From Candidatus Avispirillum sp. (GTDB taxonomy: Bacteria > Bacillota > Clostridia > Oscillospirales > CAG-272): a stretch of DNA of 39,736 nt. The notes under the pieces were generated by a model. The model saw nothing but the letters and a program-made list of their open reading frames with translations. It was not told where the DNA came from and made no database searches. Location of the stretch: positions 1-39,736 of the forward strand of contig JAZQVW010000078.1 of NCBI GenBank assembly GCA_045632025.1, in the 5' to 3' direction. Of the stretch, positions 16,507-25,670 are shown in pieces. A program made the translations under genes and the position numbers. Each line of letters begins with the position of its first letter. Position 1 is the first letter of the stretch.

Positions 16507-17445
16507 TTAAAGTTTTTCAGCCACCCTGAGTTTCGCGCTTCGTGAACGGGGGTTCACTTCAAGTTCCGCATCGGAGGGAACTATGGGCTTCTTTGTCAAA
16601 ACCTTTATCTGAGGCTTTTTGCCGCAGACACAAACGGGAAAATCATGGGGACAGGTGCAGGGGTTTTCAAGTCTCTTGAAGGTCTGCTTTGCGATCCTGT
16701 CTTCAAGAGAATGGAACGTTATCACAGCTGCGCGTCCGCCGCTTGCAAGGCGTCTCGCCGCTGCTTCAAGTGTGGGCTCAATAATACGAAGCTCGTCGTT
16801 CACCTCGATTCTTATTGCCTGGAAGGTTCTCTTTGCAGGATGCTGAGCTTCCTTCTTTCTTGCTCCTGCAGGGATCGCTGATGCGATGATATCTGCAAGG
16901 GCTGTTGTTGTTTCTATAGGAGCGATCTCTCTTGCACGCACAATAGCTGATGCCACTCTTGCGCTGAACTTTTCCTCGCCCCAATCGTTGATGATCCTGC
17001 GAAGCTCTGCTTCGCTATATCCGTTCACAACGTCGTAGGCTGTTTTACCGCAGCTTCTGTCCATTCTCATATCAAGAAACGCTTCCTGAGAATAGGAAAA
17101 TCCGCGCTCGGCTTCATCAAGCTGAACGGAGGACACGCCAAGGTCCCACATAATACCGTTTATCTTTTCAATGCCGAGCTCGTCAAGAACTCTTTCAAAA
17201 TCGCTATAGTTGCTTTTTACTACCATTGACTTAGAGCCGTATACGCTAAGACGCTCCTTGCAATGGTTGATTGCACGGTCGTCGCGGTCAAGGCTGATAA
17301 GCACTGACCCCTCGGGCAATCTCTTTATGATCTCTTCAGAATGTCCGCCGCCTCCAGCAGTTCCGTCCACAAACACGCCTCCGTTTTCGGGGCAAAGAGC
17401 GGAAACTGTTTCGTCAAGCATAACTGAATAATGTGAAAAACCCAA
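16507..17445 (-). CDS. rsmH: 16S rRNA (cytosine1402-N4)-methyltransferase RsmH
   Basis: HYSVMLDE, DGTAGGGGHS, DLGVSS and ITFHSLEDR motifs. TTG start with SD gaggag. Confidence 0.93.
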   Translation of the reverse strand: MGFSHYSVMLDETVSALCPENGGVFVDGTAGGGGHSEEIIKRLPEGSVLISLDRDDRAINHCKERLSVYGSKSMVVKSNYSDFERVLDELGIEKINGIMWDLGVSSVQLDEAERGFSYSQEAFLDMRMDRSCGKTAYDVVNGYSEAELRRIINDWGEEKFSARVASAIVRAREIAPIETTTALADIIASAIPAGARKKEAQHPAKRTFQAIRIEVNDELRIIEPTLEAAARRLASGGRAAVITFHSLEDRIAKQTFKRLENPCTCPHDFPVCVCGKKPQIKVLTKKPIVPSDAELEVNPRSRSAKLRVAEKL

Positions 17446-17465
17446 TTTTAAACTCCTCGGTTATA

Positions 17466-17894
17466 TCAGAGGCCGTATTCCAGCATAAGGTCTCTGATGT
17501 CGTTGACCTTGTCGGCATCGTAGCGTGAGGGAACGGGAGCCTTAACCTCATCCCAGATCTCAACTCTGTCGCCGCAGCCGATGAACGTTACTCCGCTTTC
17601 AATGGAGGCATACTCGATAAGCTCCTTTGAAAGACCTACTCTACCCTGGCTGTCAGGTGTTGCCTTCATTGCAAGACCGCAGATAAAACGAGTGATATCC
17701 TTAACCTGAGTTTTAGGAAGAGAATTTAACTTTGCTGTATACTTCTCCCATTCTTCAAGGGAGTATGCAGAAAGGCATTTGTCTACGTTTACAGTGATAA
17801 CGAAGGTCGCGCCCAGATCTTCTCTGAACTTCGCCGGGAATATTACTCTCTTTTTTGAGTCTAAAGTGTTAGTAAAGTTACCCAACAGCTCCAT
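17466..17894 (-). CDS. mraZ: Transcriptional regulator MraZ
   Basis: Two DxxxR-type repeats (LDSKKRVIFP, PDSQGRVGLS). It is the first gene of the dcw cluster. The ATG at 17894 is preferred over the GTG at 17903. Confidence 0.9.
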   Translation of the reverse strand: MELLGNFTNTLDSKKRVIFPAKFREDLGATFVITVNVDKCLSAYSLEEWEKYTAKLNSLPKTQVKDITRFICGLAMKATPDSQGRVGLSKELIEYASIESGVTFIGCGDRVEIWDEVKAPVPSRYDADKVNDIRDLMLEYGL

Positions 17895-18292
17895 TCGTTT
17901 CACCCCTTTCCACCATTTCGTGAGGAAAATACACCCTTTTCCACCACCTTGTTTCTATATTCTATCATAGTCATTTGCCGATTGCAATATCTTTTATAAA
18001 AAAATGTGATATTTTTTTCGCAATTTCGTCTTATTTTCCAAGCATTTTCAGCCTTTTTAGGCGAATATTTGTTCTATTCCTCCACACCCACCATTTCCTC
18101 GCTTTTTTTAGCCTTTTTTCGCATTTCCCAGCTCTTCCCTTCTTTTCTCTGCATTTGCGTAAAAGCGAACATATGTTTTAGCTGTGTGTCTATTATGCTT
18201 TTTGTTGTCTGCTGACGAGTCAAAATGTACAACAAAATCATATAGGAGGGATATGGTAATCGCCGTCACCTGCCGCAGTCCAATACTTAAAG

Positions 18293-18330
18293 CAAAAAAG
18301 AAAAAGCCCGAGAAGTCTTCTTCTCGGGCT
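18293..18330 (-). terminator. Rho-independent terminator downstream of ileS
   Basis: Stem agcccgagaag-tctt-cttctcgggct, followed on the minus strand by tttttctttttt. Confidence 0.85.
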
Positions 18331-18350
18331 CTACCTATTTAATTATATAC

Positions 18351-21300
18351 TCAGATCTTCTTTACTGTGATCTCAGCCTTTTCGCCGTTGATATTCCATT
18401 CCTTGGAGATACCGTCGATCTTTTCATATGTGAGGCTGTCACAAAGAACTGCTTCGCAGAAGGTTGCGCTGTCAGCGGAAAGGATCTCTGCGAGCTTTTC
18501 ACTTCCGCAAACGGAAACTGCGATATGGTCCATTACGTCAAAGCCGGAATCCTTACGCATTGTCTGAACCTTGGAGATAACCTCGCGAACGAAGCCCTCG
18601 CGAACAAGCTCATCTGTAAGGATAGTGCAAAGAGCAACTGTGATTCCGTTATCGGAAACGGAATAGTAGCCCTCCTTCTGCTGAACGTCAATGAGGAGGT
18701 CCTCACGGGCAAGCTCAACAGCTGTTCCGTCAAAGTCGAAGTGGATAGCACCTGTTGACTCAAGCTCTGCCATTGCAGCATTGCCGTCAACGTTTGCAAG
18801 CGCCTCTCTGATCTTGCCAAGCACCTTACCGTACTTAGGACCTACTGTCTTAAGCTGGGGCTTGAAGCTATAGGAGGAGATCGCAGAAACGTCGGGAACG
18901 AAATGCGCTTCCTTAACGTTAAGCTCATCACGAACGATCTCGTTATAGTATTCGCTAACCTCTCTGTCTGTCTTTACGTAGATAGCGGAAAGGGGCTGAC
19001 GGTTCTTGATATTAGCCGCATTTCTTGCGCTACGGCCAAGAACAACTGCCTCAAGGATGAATTCCATTTCGTCCTCAAGCTTTTCGTCGATCATAGCTTC
19101 ATCATACTCAGGGAAATCGCAGAAGTGAACGCTGATGGGAGCATCAGAGTCAACTGTGCAAACAAGGTTACGATATATATCCTCTGCCATGAAGGGGATC
19201 ATGGGAGCGCCTGCCTTAGCTGTTGTTACAAGGCAAGTATAGAGAGTCATATAAGCTGCGATCTTATCCTCTGTCATTTCTGTTCCCCAGAATCTTTCAC
19301 GAGAACGACGAACGTACCAGTTGGAAAGCTCATCAACAAAGGAGGAGAGGCACTTAGCCGCCTCGGGGATCTTATATGCGCCAAGGTTATTATCAACGCC
19401 GCGAACCATAGAATTGAGCTTGGAAAGGATGAACTTATCCATTACGGAAAGCTTGCAATCCTCAAGCTTATAATTCATAGGATTAAACTGGTCGATCTCT
19501 GCATAGAGTGTCCAGAATGCATACGTGTTCTGAAGTGTGCCCATGAACTTTCTCTGTCCCTCTGTTACAGCTCTGTCGCTGAAGCGTGAAGGAAGCCAAG
19601 GAGCAGAGTTAGTATAGAAATACCAACGGATAGCGTCTGCACCGTGAGTTTCAAGAGCCTTGAAGGGGTCAACTGCGTTACCCTTGGACTTGGACATCTT
19701 CTGTCCGTCCTCGTCCTGAACGAGGCCAAGAACGATAACGTTCTTATAGGGAGCGCGGTCAAAGAGGAGTGTTGAGATAGCAAGGAGAGAATAGAACCAG
19801 CCTCTTGTCTGGTCAACAGCCTCGGAGATGAAGTCTGCGGGGAACTGAGCCTCAAAGAGATCCTTGTTCTCAAAGGGATAGTGATGCTGAGCAAAGGGCA
19901 TTGCGCCGGAATCGAACCAGCAGTCGATAACCTCAGGAACTCTCTTCATTTCGCCGCCACACTCGGAGCACTTGATAGTTACTGCATCGATATAGGGACG
20001 GTGCAATTCGATCTGCTCAGGGCAGTTATCGGAGAGAGAACGAAGCTCTTCAACGGAGCCGATTGCGTGGAAATGTCCGCAGGAGCATTCCCAGATATTA
20101 AGGGGAGTTCCCCAATATCTGTTACGGCTGAGGCCCCAGTCCTGAACGTTTTCAAGCCAGTCGCCAAATCTACCCTTACCGATAGACTCGGGGATCCAGT
20201 TGATTGTGTTATTATTAGCGATGAGTCTGTCCTTAACAGCTGTCATCTTGATGAACCAGCTCTCACGAGCGTAGTAGATAAGGGGAGTATCACATCTCCA
20301 GCAGAAGGGATAGCTATGCTCAAACTGAGGTGCGCTGAAAAGAAGACCCTTTTCTTCAAGAGCGCGGAGAACGAGACGGTCTGCATCCTTAACGAACGTG
20401 CCTGCCCAATCTGTTTCCTCGGACATTTCGCCCTTGCCGTTTACAAGCTGAACGAAAGGAAGGTCGTACTTCATACCAACTCTGTTATCGTCTTCACCGA
20501 ATGCAGGAGCGATATGAACGATACCTGTACCGTCGCCCATTGTTACGTAGTCGTCGCAAGTAACGAACCAGCACTTCTTCTTGGGAGATACGAACTTAAA
20601 GAGGGGCTCGTATTCCTTATATTCAAGCGCAGCACCCACCATTCTCTCAAGAACCTCGTACTGGCCCTCTCCGAGAACAGTATCGCAAAGAGCTGCTGCC
20701 ATATAATATGTGTATTCACCGCTCTGAACCTTAACGTATTCCTCCTTGGGGTTTACACAAAGAGCAACGTTGGAAGGCAGAGTCCAGGGAGTTGTTGTCC
20801 AAGCAAGGAAATATGCATCCTCGCCTACAACCTTGAAGCGCGCAACTGCGGAGCGTTCACGAACGTCCTTATATCCCTGAGCAACCTCGTGGGAGGAAAG
20901 GGGTGTTCCGCAACGGGGGCACTAAGGACCGATCTTATGACCCTTATAAAGAAGACCCTTTTCCCAGATCTGCTTAAGCGCCCACCATTCACTTTCAATA
21001 TAGGAATCGTGGTATGTTACGTAAGGATCCTCCATATCAGCCCAGAAGCCAACTGTGTCTGAGAAGTCCTCCCACATTCCCTTGTACTTCCAAACGGATT
21101 CCTTACACTTATCGATAAAGGGAGCAATGCCGTACTGCTCGATCTGCTCCTTACCGTTGATGCCGAGAAGCTTTTCTACCTCAAGCTCAACAGGAAGACC
21201 GTGTGTATCCCAACCTGCCTTACGGGGCACGTCACAGCCCTTCATTGCGTGGTAACGGGGGATCATATCCTTAATAACTCTTGTGAGAACGTGGCCGATA

Positions 21301-21464
21301 TGGGGCTTACCGTTCGCTGTGGGAGGGCCGTCATAGAACGTGTAATTCTTCTGACCCTTACGTCTTTCAAGACTTGTTTCAAAAATTCTGTTTTCCTTCC
21401 AGAAAGCAAGAGTTTCAGCTTCTCTGGAAACAAAATTAAGGTCGGTCGGTACCTTCTTGTACAT
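18351..21464 (-). pseudogene. ileS: Type-2 isoleucine--tRNA ligase interrupted by a single in-frame TAG (codon at 20922-20924)
   Basis: Track ORFs 20922..21584 and 18351..20702 are in the same frame. Translation across the junction reads [33 protein letters not shown] ([11 protein letters not shown]) and KMSKS motifs are present. The ATG at 21464 has SD aggaga, and a T-box(Ile) leader lies upstream. Confidence 0.9.
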
Positions 21465-21513
21465 TTTATTTTCTCCTGTAAAAGTATATTTTCGATGTAT
21501 CAGGATAGCAGAA

Positions 21514-21541
21514 GAATGCAGAATGCAGAGTGCAGAATGCA
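21514..21541. repeat. Heptamer tandem repeat (gaatgca)x4 in the ileS 5' leader
   Basis: Units are gaatgca gaatgca gagtgca gaatgca, 50-77 nt upstream of the ileS ATG. Confidence 0.9.
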
Positions 21542-21580
21542 GGATTAATGAAGAAATTCGCCGCAGGCAAATTTCAACCT

Positions 21581-21617
<37 letters not shown>

Positions 21618-21632
21618 TTTCTTTAGAAAAAT

Positions 21633-21846
21633 AAAAAAATCCCGTCCGCGAGGACAGGAAAACCTGCTATACCACCTGCATACCATCATATGCGCCCATT
21701 ATAACGGTCGGGCTCCGGCAAGGACTACTATGGTTCGCCCCGCAACTCGGGAGTGATCTTCACGTTCATATCAAGCATCGGGCTCACACCGCCCCCGACT
21801 CGCTTTGGCTTTCCTTGAAGCTACTCTCTCCGTCAACGTTTTTGAC
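21633..21846 (-). promoter_or_regulatory. T-box riboswitch leader, Ile specifier (AUC)
   Basis: The minus strand shows the stem I AGAGAG/GUA elements and specifier context gaagAUCAc (ATC at 21755-21757). The T-box-like sequence is caGGUGGUAuaGCaGG (21664-21680). The terminator is cctgtcc-tcgc-ggacggg followed by attttttt (21633-21658). Confidence 0.75.
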
Positions 21847-21852
21847 CGTATA

Positions 21853-21881
21853 ATTTTATCACATTGCTCCATCCATGTCAA
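21853..21881 (-). promoter_or_regulatory. Sigma-A promoter for the ileS leader
   Basis: On the minus strand: ttgaca, 17-nt spacer, taaaat. Confidence 0.65.
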
Positions 21882-22003
21882 GCATAATTTATCCACCGTT
21901 GCACATTTTCTACAATAACAATATATATAATGGACAAAAATCACTATTTTGCCCTACTTTTTTTCAATATTGAAGCAAAAAAATAAAAAAAATCAAAAAA
22001 GAC

Positions 22004-22032
22004 TTGATTTTATTCTTACTGTTTGCTATAAT
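22004..22032 (+). promoter_or_regulatory. Sigma-A promoter for ptsH
   Basis: ttgatt, 17-nt spacer, tataat. Confidence 0.6.
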
Positions 22033-22096
22033 CTATGAGTAAATAAGCCACTTGTCCTTTTGAAGCGGCAAAATAATTTATTCGGGAGTATCTGAT

Positions 22097-22360
22097 ATGA
22101 TATCACGCGAAGTTACTATAAAGAATAGTGTTGGTCTCCACGCAAGACCTGCTACATTTTTTATTCAGAAAGCAAATTCCTTTAAGAGCTCTATTTGGGT
22201 AGAGAGAGAAGATCGCCGCATCAACGGCAAGAGCCTTCTCGGTGTTCTTTCCCTTGGCATCGTAAAGGGTATGTCTATCACTATCATCGCTGACGGTGCA
22301 GACGAAGAAGAAGCAATTGAGGGCCTCGCTGCTCTGATTGAAACAGGCTTCAACGAATAA
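22097..22360 (+). CDS. ptsH: Phosphocarrier protein HPr
   Basis: 87 aa, with His15 context GLHARPA and Ser46 context NGKSLLGVLSLG. Confidence 0.93.
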   Translation: MISREVTIKNSVGLHARPATFFIQKANSFKSSIWVEREDRRINGKSLLGVLSLGIVKGMSITIIADGADEEEAIEGLAALIETGFNE

Positions 22361-22377
22361 TTTTCAAAAATTGAAGC

Positions 22378-22401
22378 AGCCGCCTTTTTAGGCGGCTTTT
22401 T
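22378..22401 (+). terminator. Rho-independent terminator after ptsH
   Basis: Stem agccgcc-ttttta-ggcggct followed by ttttt. Confidence 0.8.
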
Positions 22402-22435
22402 GCTTATTTATAGAAAAATCTCAAGGAGGTCAGCC

Positions 22436-24277
22436 GTGCAGGACAAAAAAACTCTTAAATACCTTCGGGAAAAGGCTGCCCTTCTGCCTAAGTCTCCCGG
22501 AGTTTATATTATGGAAAACTCGGAGGGCAAGGTAATCTACGTTGGCAAATCCCGTGCGCTGAAGAATCGCGTCAGCCAATACTTCCACGGAAGCCATGAC
22601 CCGAAGACCACCCGTATGGCAGGGAGTGTGCGCGATTTCCGATATATCACCTGCGACACGGAGTTTGAGGCGCTTATTCTTGAAAACAATCTTATCAAGC
22701 AATACACGCCCAAATACAACATTCTTTTAAAGGACGCCAAAAGCTATCCCTATATCAAGATAACCGATGAGGAATACCCCCGAATCGTTATGACGAGGCG
22801 CAGAAGCGAGGACGGAACCTATTTCGGCCCATATTCAAGCACCTCTACTATAAACAATATTATAAAGACCATCGAACGAACCTTAGGTGTTCCCTCCTGC
22901 AAGCGCAGATTCCCCCGCGACATCGGAAAGGCTCGTCCCTGCGTTTACAAGCAGCTGGGCAGATGCTGCGGCGTTTGCGCGGGCGACGTTTCGCACAAGG
23001 ATTACAACGCTATCATCTCCTGCGCAAAGGAAATGCTCAAGGGCAACACATCCGAGGTCAAGCGTCAGCTCACAGAGCAGATGCTTACAGCAGCCGAAGA
23101 GGAGCGATTTGAGGAGGCGGCAAGGCTCCGCGACTCTATTCTCTCCCTTGAAAAGCTTGGGCAGAATCAGAAGACCGACCTTGGACTTGACACAGAATAC
23201 GACGTTATCGCCCTTTCAACTCACGAGGGATGCGACTGCGCCGCGGTTTTGTACATCAGAAACGGCACTATCTCCGACAGCGAGCATTTTATGTTCGGAG
23301 CAGACGAGATCACGGGCGCCGCAGGAAACGAGGAGGAATCCCCATTTCTTTCATTTATTATCAATCTTTACAGCCTTCGCGAATATATTCCAAGGGAGAT
23401 ACTGCTCTCCTTTGAAATGCCCGAGAACGACAAGGCTCTGGCAGGAGAATATCTCTCGCGCAAGGCAGGTCGCAAGGTCACCCTCAGAACTCCTCAGAGA
23501 GGCGAAACGCGAAAGCTTTGTCTTATGGCGGAAAAGGATGCTCAGCGCCACAGCGAGACCAGAAGAAAACGAGAGGACTCCGACGAGAGGGTTCTTATGT
23601 CACTTGCCTCCCTGCTCCACCTTGAGGTGCTTCCCGAGCGAATAGAGGCATACGACATTTCTAATCTCGGACGAGAGCATATAACCGCAGGTATGATAGT
23701 TATTGAAAAGGGCCGTTTCAAAAAGCGCCACTACCGTTCCTTTAAAATCAAGGGACAGGAGATGCCCGACGACTATTCTGCAATGACGGAGACTATACGC
23801 CGCCGTCTAATGAACTTAGAAGACGATGACGAGTCCTTCTCTCAGACGCCCGACCTTATTCTCCTTGACGGAGGACGAGGCCACGTTAGCGTTATCAGAG
23901 AGCTTATGCGCGAGCTTAACATGGACATACCCGTTTTCGGTATGGTCAAGGACAGCCACCACAAAACGAGAACTATTACGGACGAGCACGACGAGGTGAG
24001 CATTGCACGAGAGCCCGAGGTGTTCCGCTTCGTTTACAGAATACAGGAGGAGGTACACCGCTACACCGTTGGTAAAATGACAAACGCCAAGCTCAAAAGC
24101 CTTAAGACCTCCAGCCTCGAAAAAATAAGCGGCATCGGCCCTGCTAAAGCAAAAGCCCTTCTTCTTCATTTTGAAAGCCTTGAAGCCTTGAAAAATGCAA
24201 CAAAAGAGGATATAATAAAGGTTAAGGGCATCAGCGAAGCGAATGCTGATGAGATCGTGAAGTATTTTAGTAAATAG
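22436..24277 (+). CDS. uvrC: Excinuclease ABC subunit C (UvrC)
   Basis: GIY-YIG N-terminus (PGVYIM..GKVIYVGKS..L.NRV..Y) and a C-terminal HhH region (GIGPAKAKALL). GTG start at 22436 with SD aaggagg. Ends in TAG, the only TAG stop among the CDS called here. Confidence 0.93.
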   Translation: MQDKKTLKYLREKAALLPKSPGVYIMENSEGKVIYVGKSRALKNRVSQYFHGSHDPKTTRMAGSVRDFRYITCDTEFEALILENNLIKQYTPKYNILLKDAKSYPYIKITDEEYPRIVMTRRRSEDGTYFGPYSSTSTINNIIKTIERTLGVPSCKRRFPRDIGKARPCVYKQLGRCCGVCAGDVSHKDYNAIISCAKEMLKGNTSEVKRQLTEQMLTAAEEERFEEAARLRDSILSLEKLGQNQKTDLGLDTEYDVIALSTHEGCDCAAVLYIRNGTISDSEHFMFGADEITGAAGNEEESPFLSFIINLYSLREYIPREILLSFEMPENDKALAGEYLSRKAGRKVTLRTPQRGETRKLCLMAEKDAQRHSETRRKREDSDERVLMSLASLLHLEVLPERIEAYDISNLGREHITAGMIVIEKGRFKKRHYRSFKIKGQEMPDDYSAMTETIRRRLMNLEDDDESFSQTPDLILLDGGRGHVSVIRELMRELNMDIPVFGMVKDSHHKTRTITDEHDEVSIAREPEVFRFVYRIQEEVHRYTVGKMTNAKLKSLKTSSLEKISGIGPAKAKALLLHFESLEALKNATKEDIIKVKGISEANADEIVKYFSK

Positions 24278-24298
24278 TTTTAGGAATAATAATAGATT

Positions 24299-24500
24299 TC
24301 GCCCTCTGCGGAGGGCGACCAAGAAGCCCCGCCTACCAAGTAAGCGCAGCTTACTTGCGAACTCCTTTGGGCATTAGGTTTTCCGCTCTCTGCGGAGAGC
24401 GTCTCAGGGCGCCGCCCTAATAACCCGCGACCTTTTCAGAAAAGGTCGATAAAACTACACTTTGAGTTCAGCTTAAACAAGGGACTTTTCTAAAAGTCCC
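24299..24500. repeat. Cluster of six short GC-rich hairpins (REP-like) between uvrC and rsmD
   Basis: Hairpins at 24299-24318 (tcgccctc-tgcg-gagggcga), 24337-24357, 24384-24401 (cgctctc-tgcg-gagagcg), 24406-24418, 24428-24448 and 24481-24500. Confidence 0.8.
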
Positions 24501-24529
24501 TCCCCCCAATTCACCAAGGAGAACAAACT

Positions 24530-25147
24530 ATGAGAATTATCACAGGAAGCGCGAGAAACGCTATTATAGAAACACTTGAGGGCGAAAACACACGCCCCAC
24601 AGCCGAAAGAGCCAAGGAAGCCCTCTTTTCAATGATCCAGTTTGAGCTTGAAGGCAGAAGCATTCTTGACCTCTTTGCAGGCAGCGGACAGCTTGGTCTT
24701 GAAGCGCTTAGCCGCGGAGCTGCATCCTGCACCTTTATTGACAGCGCAAGAGAGGCTGTAGACGTGGTTATCAAAAACGCAAAGAACGCCAAGCTTTTTG
24801 ACCGCGCAAGAGTTTCCGCAGTTGACTACAAGGCATTCCTTAAGTCTGCCGCAGGCAAGGAGAAATACGACATTATTTTCCTTGATCCTCCCTATGCCTC
24901 CGACTTTGTTGCGCAGTCGCTCAAAATGATCCTTGAAGGCGATCTGCTTGCTCTTGGCGGAAAGATAATCTGCGAAACCGATAACGGCGAAGTTCCCTTC
25001 AAGCGCAAGAAGGTCAAGAAGAACGACGATCCCGAAAACGTTACAAATCAGGTGTTTGGCGGAGATGCAGAGCTTCAGAGCAATTTTAACATCGTGAAGA
25101 CCTCTCTTTACGGCAGAGTTCGCATCACTATTCTTGAAAAGGTTTGA
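24530..25147 (+). CDS. rsmD: 16S rRNA (guanine966-N2)-methyltransferase RsmD
   Basis: RPT..R.KEALF, DLFAGSGQLGLEALSRGA and the DPPY motif. Confidence 0.88.
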   Translation: MRIITGSARNAIIETLEGENTRPTAERAKEALFSMIQFELEGRSILDLFAGSGQLGLEALSRGAASCTFIDSAREAVDVVIKNAKNAKLFDRARVSAVDYKAFLKSAAGKEKYDIIFLDPPYASDFVAQSLKMILEGDLLALGGKIICETDNGEVPFKRKKVKKNDDPENVTNQVFGGDAELQSNFNIVKTSLYGRVRITILEKV

Positions 25148-25149
25148 TT

Positions 25150-25638
25150 ATGAAAAAGATTGCCATCGTCCCCGGCAGCTACGATCCTGCCACTCTGGGA
25201 CACATTGATATTATAAACCGCGCCGCTGACATATTTGACGAGGTTTACGCGGCGATTATGGTCAACAGCGAGAAAAATGGGCTTTTCACCCCCGAGGAGC
25301 GCCTTGAGATCCTCTCAACGGCTTGCAGAAAGCTTCCCAACGCCCACCCCGTTATATGGACCGCTCTCGCCTCTGATCTTATGACAGAGACAGGCGCCAA
25401 GTTTATCGTTAAGGGTGCAAGAAACGCCACGGATTTCGATTACGAGCACTCCCTCTCCGAAATTATGCGCCACTTTGCTCCGGGATGCGAAACCGTTATT
25501 CTCCCCTCACGCCCCGAATATTTTCACGTCAGCTCAACCTACGCCCGCGAGCTGCTCAAATACGGAAACGATCTCTCCAATATTGCAGACAGCGAAACGG
25601 CGGAGGTCATGAAGAAAATATACAGCTCAAAGAAATAA
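25150..25638 (+). CDS. coaD: Phosphopantetheine adenylyltransferase CoaD
   Basis: PGSYDPATLGHIDII (the (T/H)xGH nucleotidyltransferase motif). The ATG is 2 nt after the rsmD stop. Confidence 0.92.
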   Translation: MKKIAIVPGSYDPATLGHIDIINRAADIFDEVYAAIMVNSEKNGLFTPEERLEILSTACRKLPNAHPVIWTALASDLMTETGAKFIVKGARNATDFDYEHSLSEIMRHFAPGCETVILPSRPEYFHVSSTYARELLKYGNDLSNIADSETAEVMKKIYSSKK

Positions 25639-25668
25639 AAAAGCACCCTTTCGGGTGCTTTTCTTTTT
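25636..25668. terminator. Bidirectional terminator between coaD and the LTA-synthase-like gene
   Basis: Stem agcaccc-tttc-gggtgct, flanked by an a-run and a t-run. Confidence 0.85.
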
Positions 25669-25670
25669 AT

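Noticed and set aside
17975-18215. Two overlapping ~68-aa plus-strand ORFs in the mraZ-ileS spacer.
   Set aside because: The region is a pyrimidine-rich, low-complexity strand (FFSLF-type translations) with no SD. It is better explained as the mraZ promoter and operator region read on the opposite strand.
18253-18342. 29-codon ORF (MVIAVTCRSPILKAKKKKPEKSSSRALPI) preceded by aggaggg.
   Set aside because: The SD-to-ATG spacing is only ~3 nt, and the ORF runs through the ileS terminator hairpin on the opposite strand. No supporting evidence is available.
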